From a virus (lineage: Duplodnaviria; Caudoviricetes): a stretch of 64,000 nt of DNA. Positions within the stretch are counted from its first letter, which is position 1; the number at the start of each line of letters is the position of its first letter. Of this stretch, positions 64,000 to 64,000 are shown one piece after another. The stretch is taken from the IMG/VR virus record IMGVR_UViG_3300020557_000009, positions 6,448-70,447 of that record; one strand, given 5' to 3'. The translations under genes were made by a program, and so were the position numbers. The notes below the pieces were generated by a model. The model did not search any database. It had not been told where the DNA came from and worked only from the letters and a program-made list of their open reading frames with translations.

Positions 64000-64000
64000 A

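Overview
AT-rich 64 kb segment of a large T4-like (Tevenvirinae-related) myophage genome with no CRISPR, rRNA or IS elements. A Gram-negative, probably betaproteobacterial, host is inferred from the tmRNA tag ANDERFALAA and from lipobox proteins. 1-25 kb is the baseplate/tail module (DUF4815-like protein, gp8, a 14-aa-repeat fibre, gp7, gp6, gp25, PAAR, gp5, gp27-like, gp53, gp48 on the minus strand; gp4, gp2, gp54/19-like, gp26, gp51 and three tape-measure-like proteins with GH19 and M23 domains on the plus strand). 25-33 kb holds gp32, gp59, gp33, DsbA, SleB, a 2OG-Fe(II) oxygenase, a circularly permuted tmRNA, an exonuclease and a DenV-like glycosylase. 33-46 kb holds early small genes behind sigma70 promoters plus ClpP, GalE, GT2 and RNase H. 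46-50.5 kb is a cluster of membrane/secreted proteins. 50.6-55 kb is a cluster of 27 tRNAs covering all 20 amino acids, interleaved with structured spacers. 55-64 kb is further early genes. The best candidate for a new system lies just upstream of the tRNA cluster: a 40-codon leader peptide containing all 20 amino acids (34 different codons) whose last codons form an antiterminator that competes with an intrinsic terminator, i.e. a possible general tRNA-shortage-sensing attenuator. Other strong signals: the two-piece tmRNA with a small hydrophobic ORF in its intervening segment, tRNA spacers closed by 14-19 bp inverted repeats that join one tRNA's CCA to the next RNA's 5' GG, a probable -1 frameshift fusing gp26 to gp51, and a recurring TGTTG-N8-CAACA dyad at early promoters. 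All family assignments are from motif recognition by eye, not database searches.
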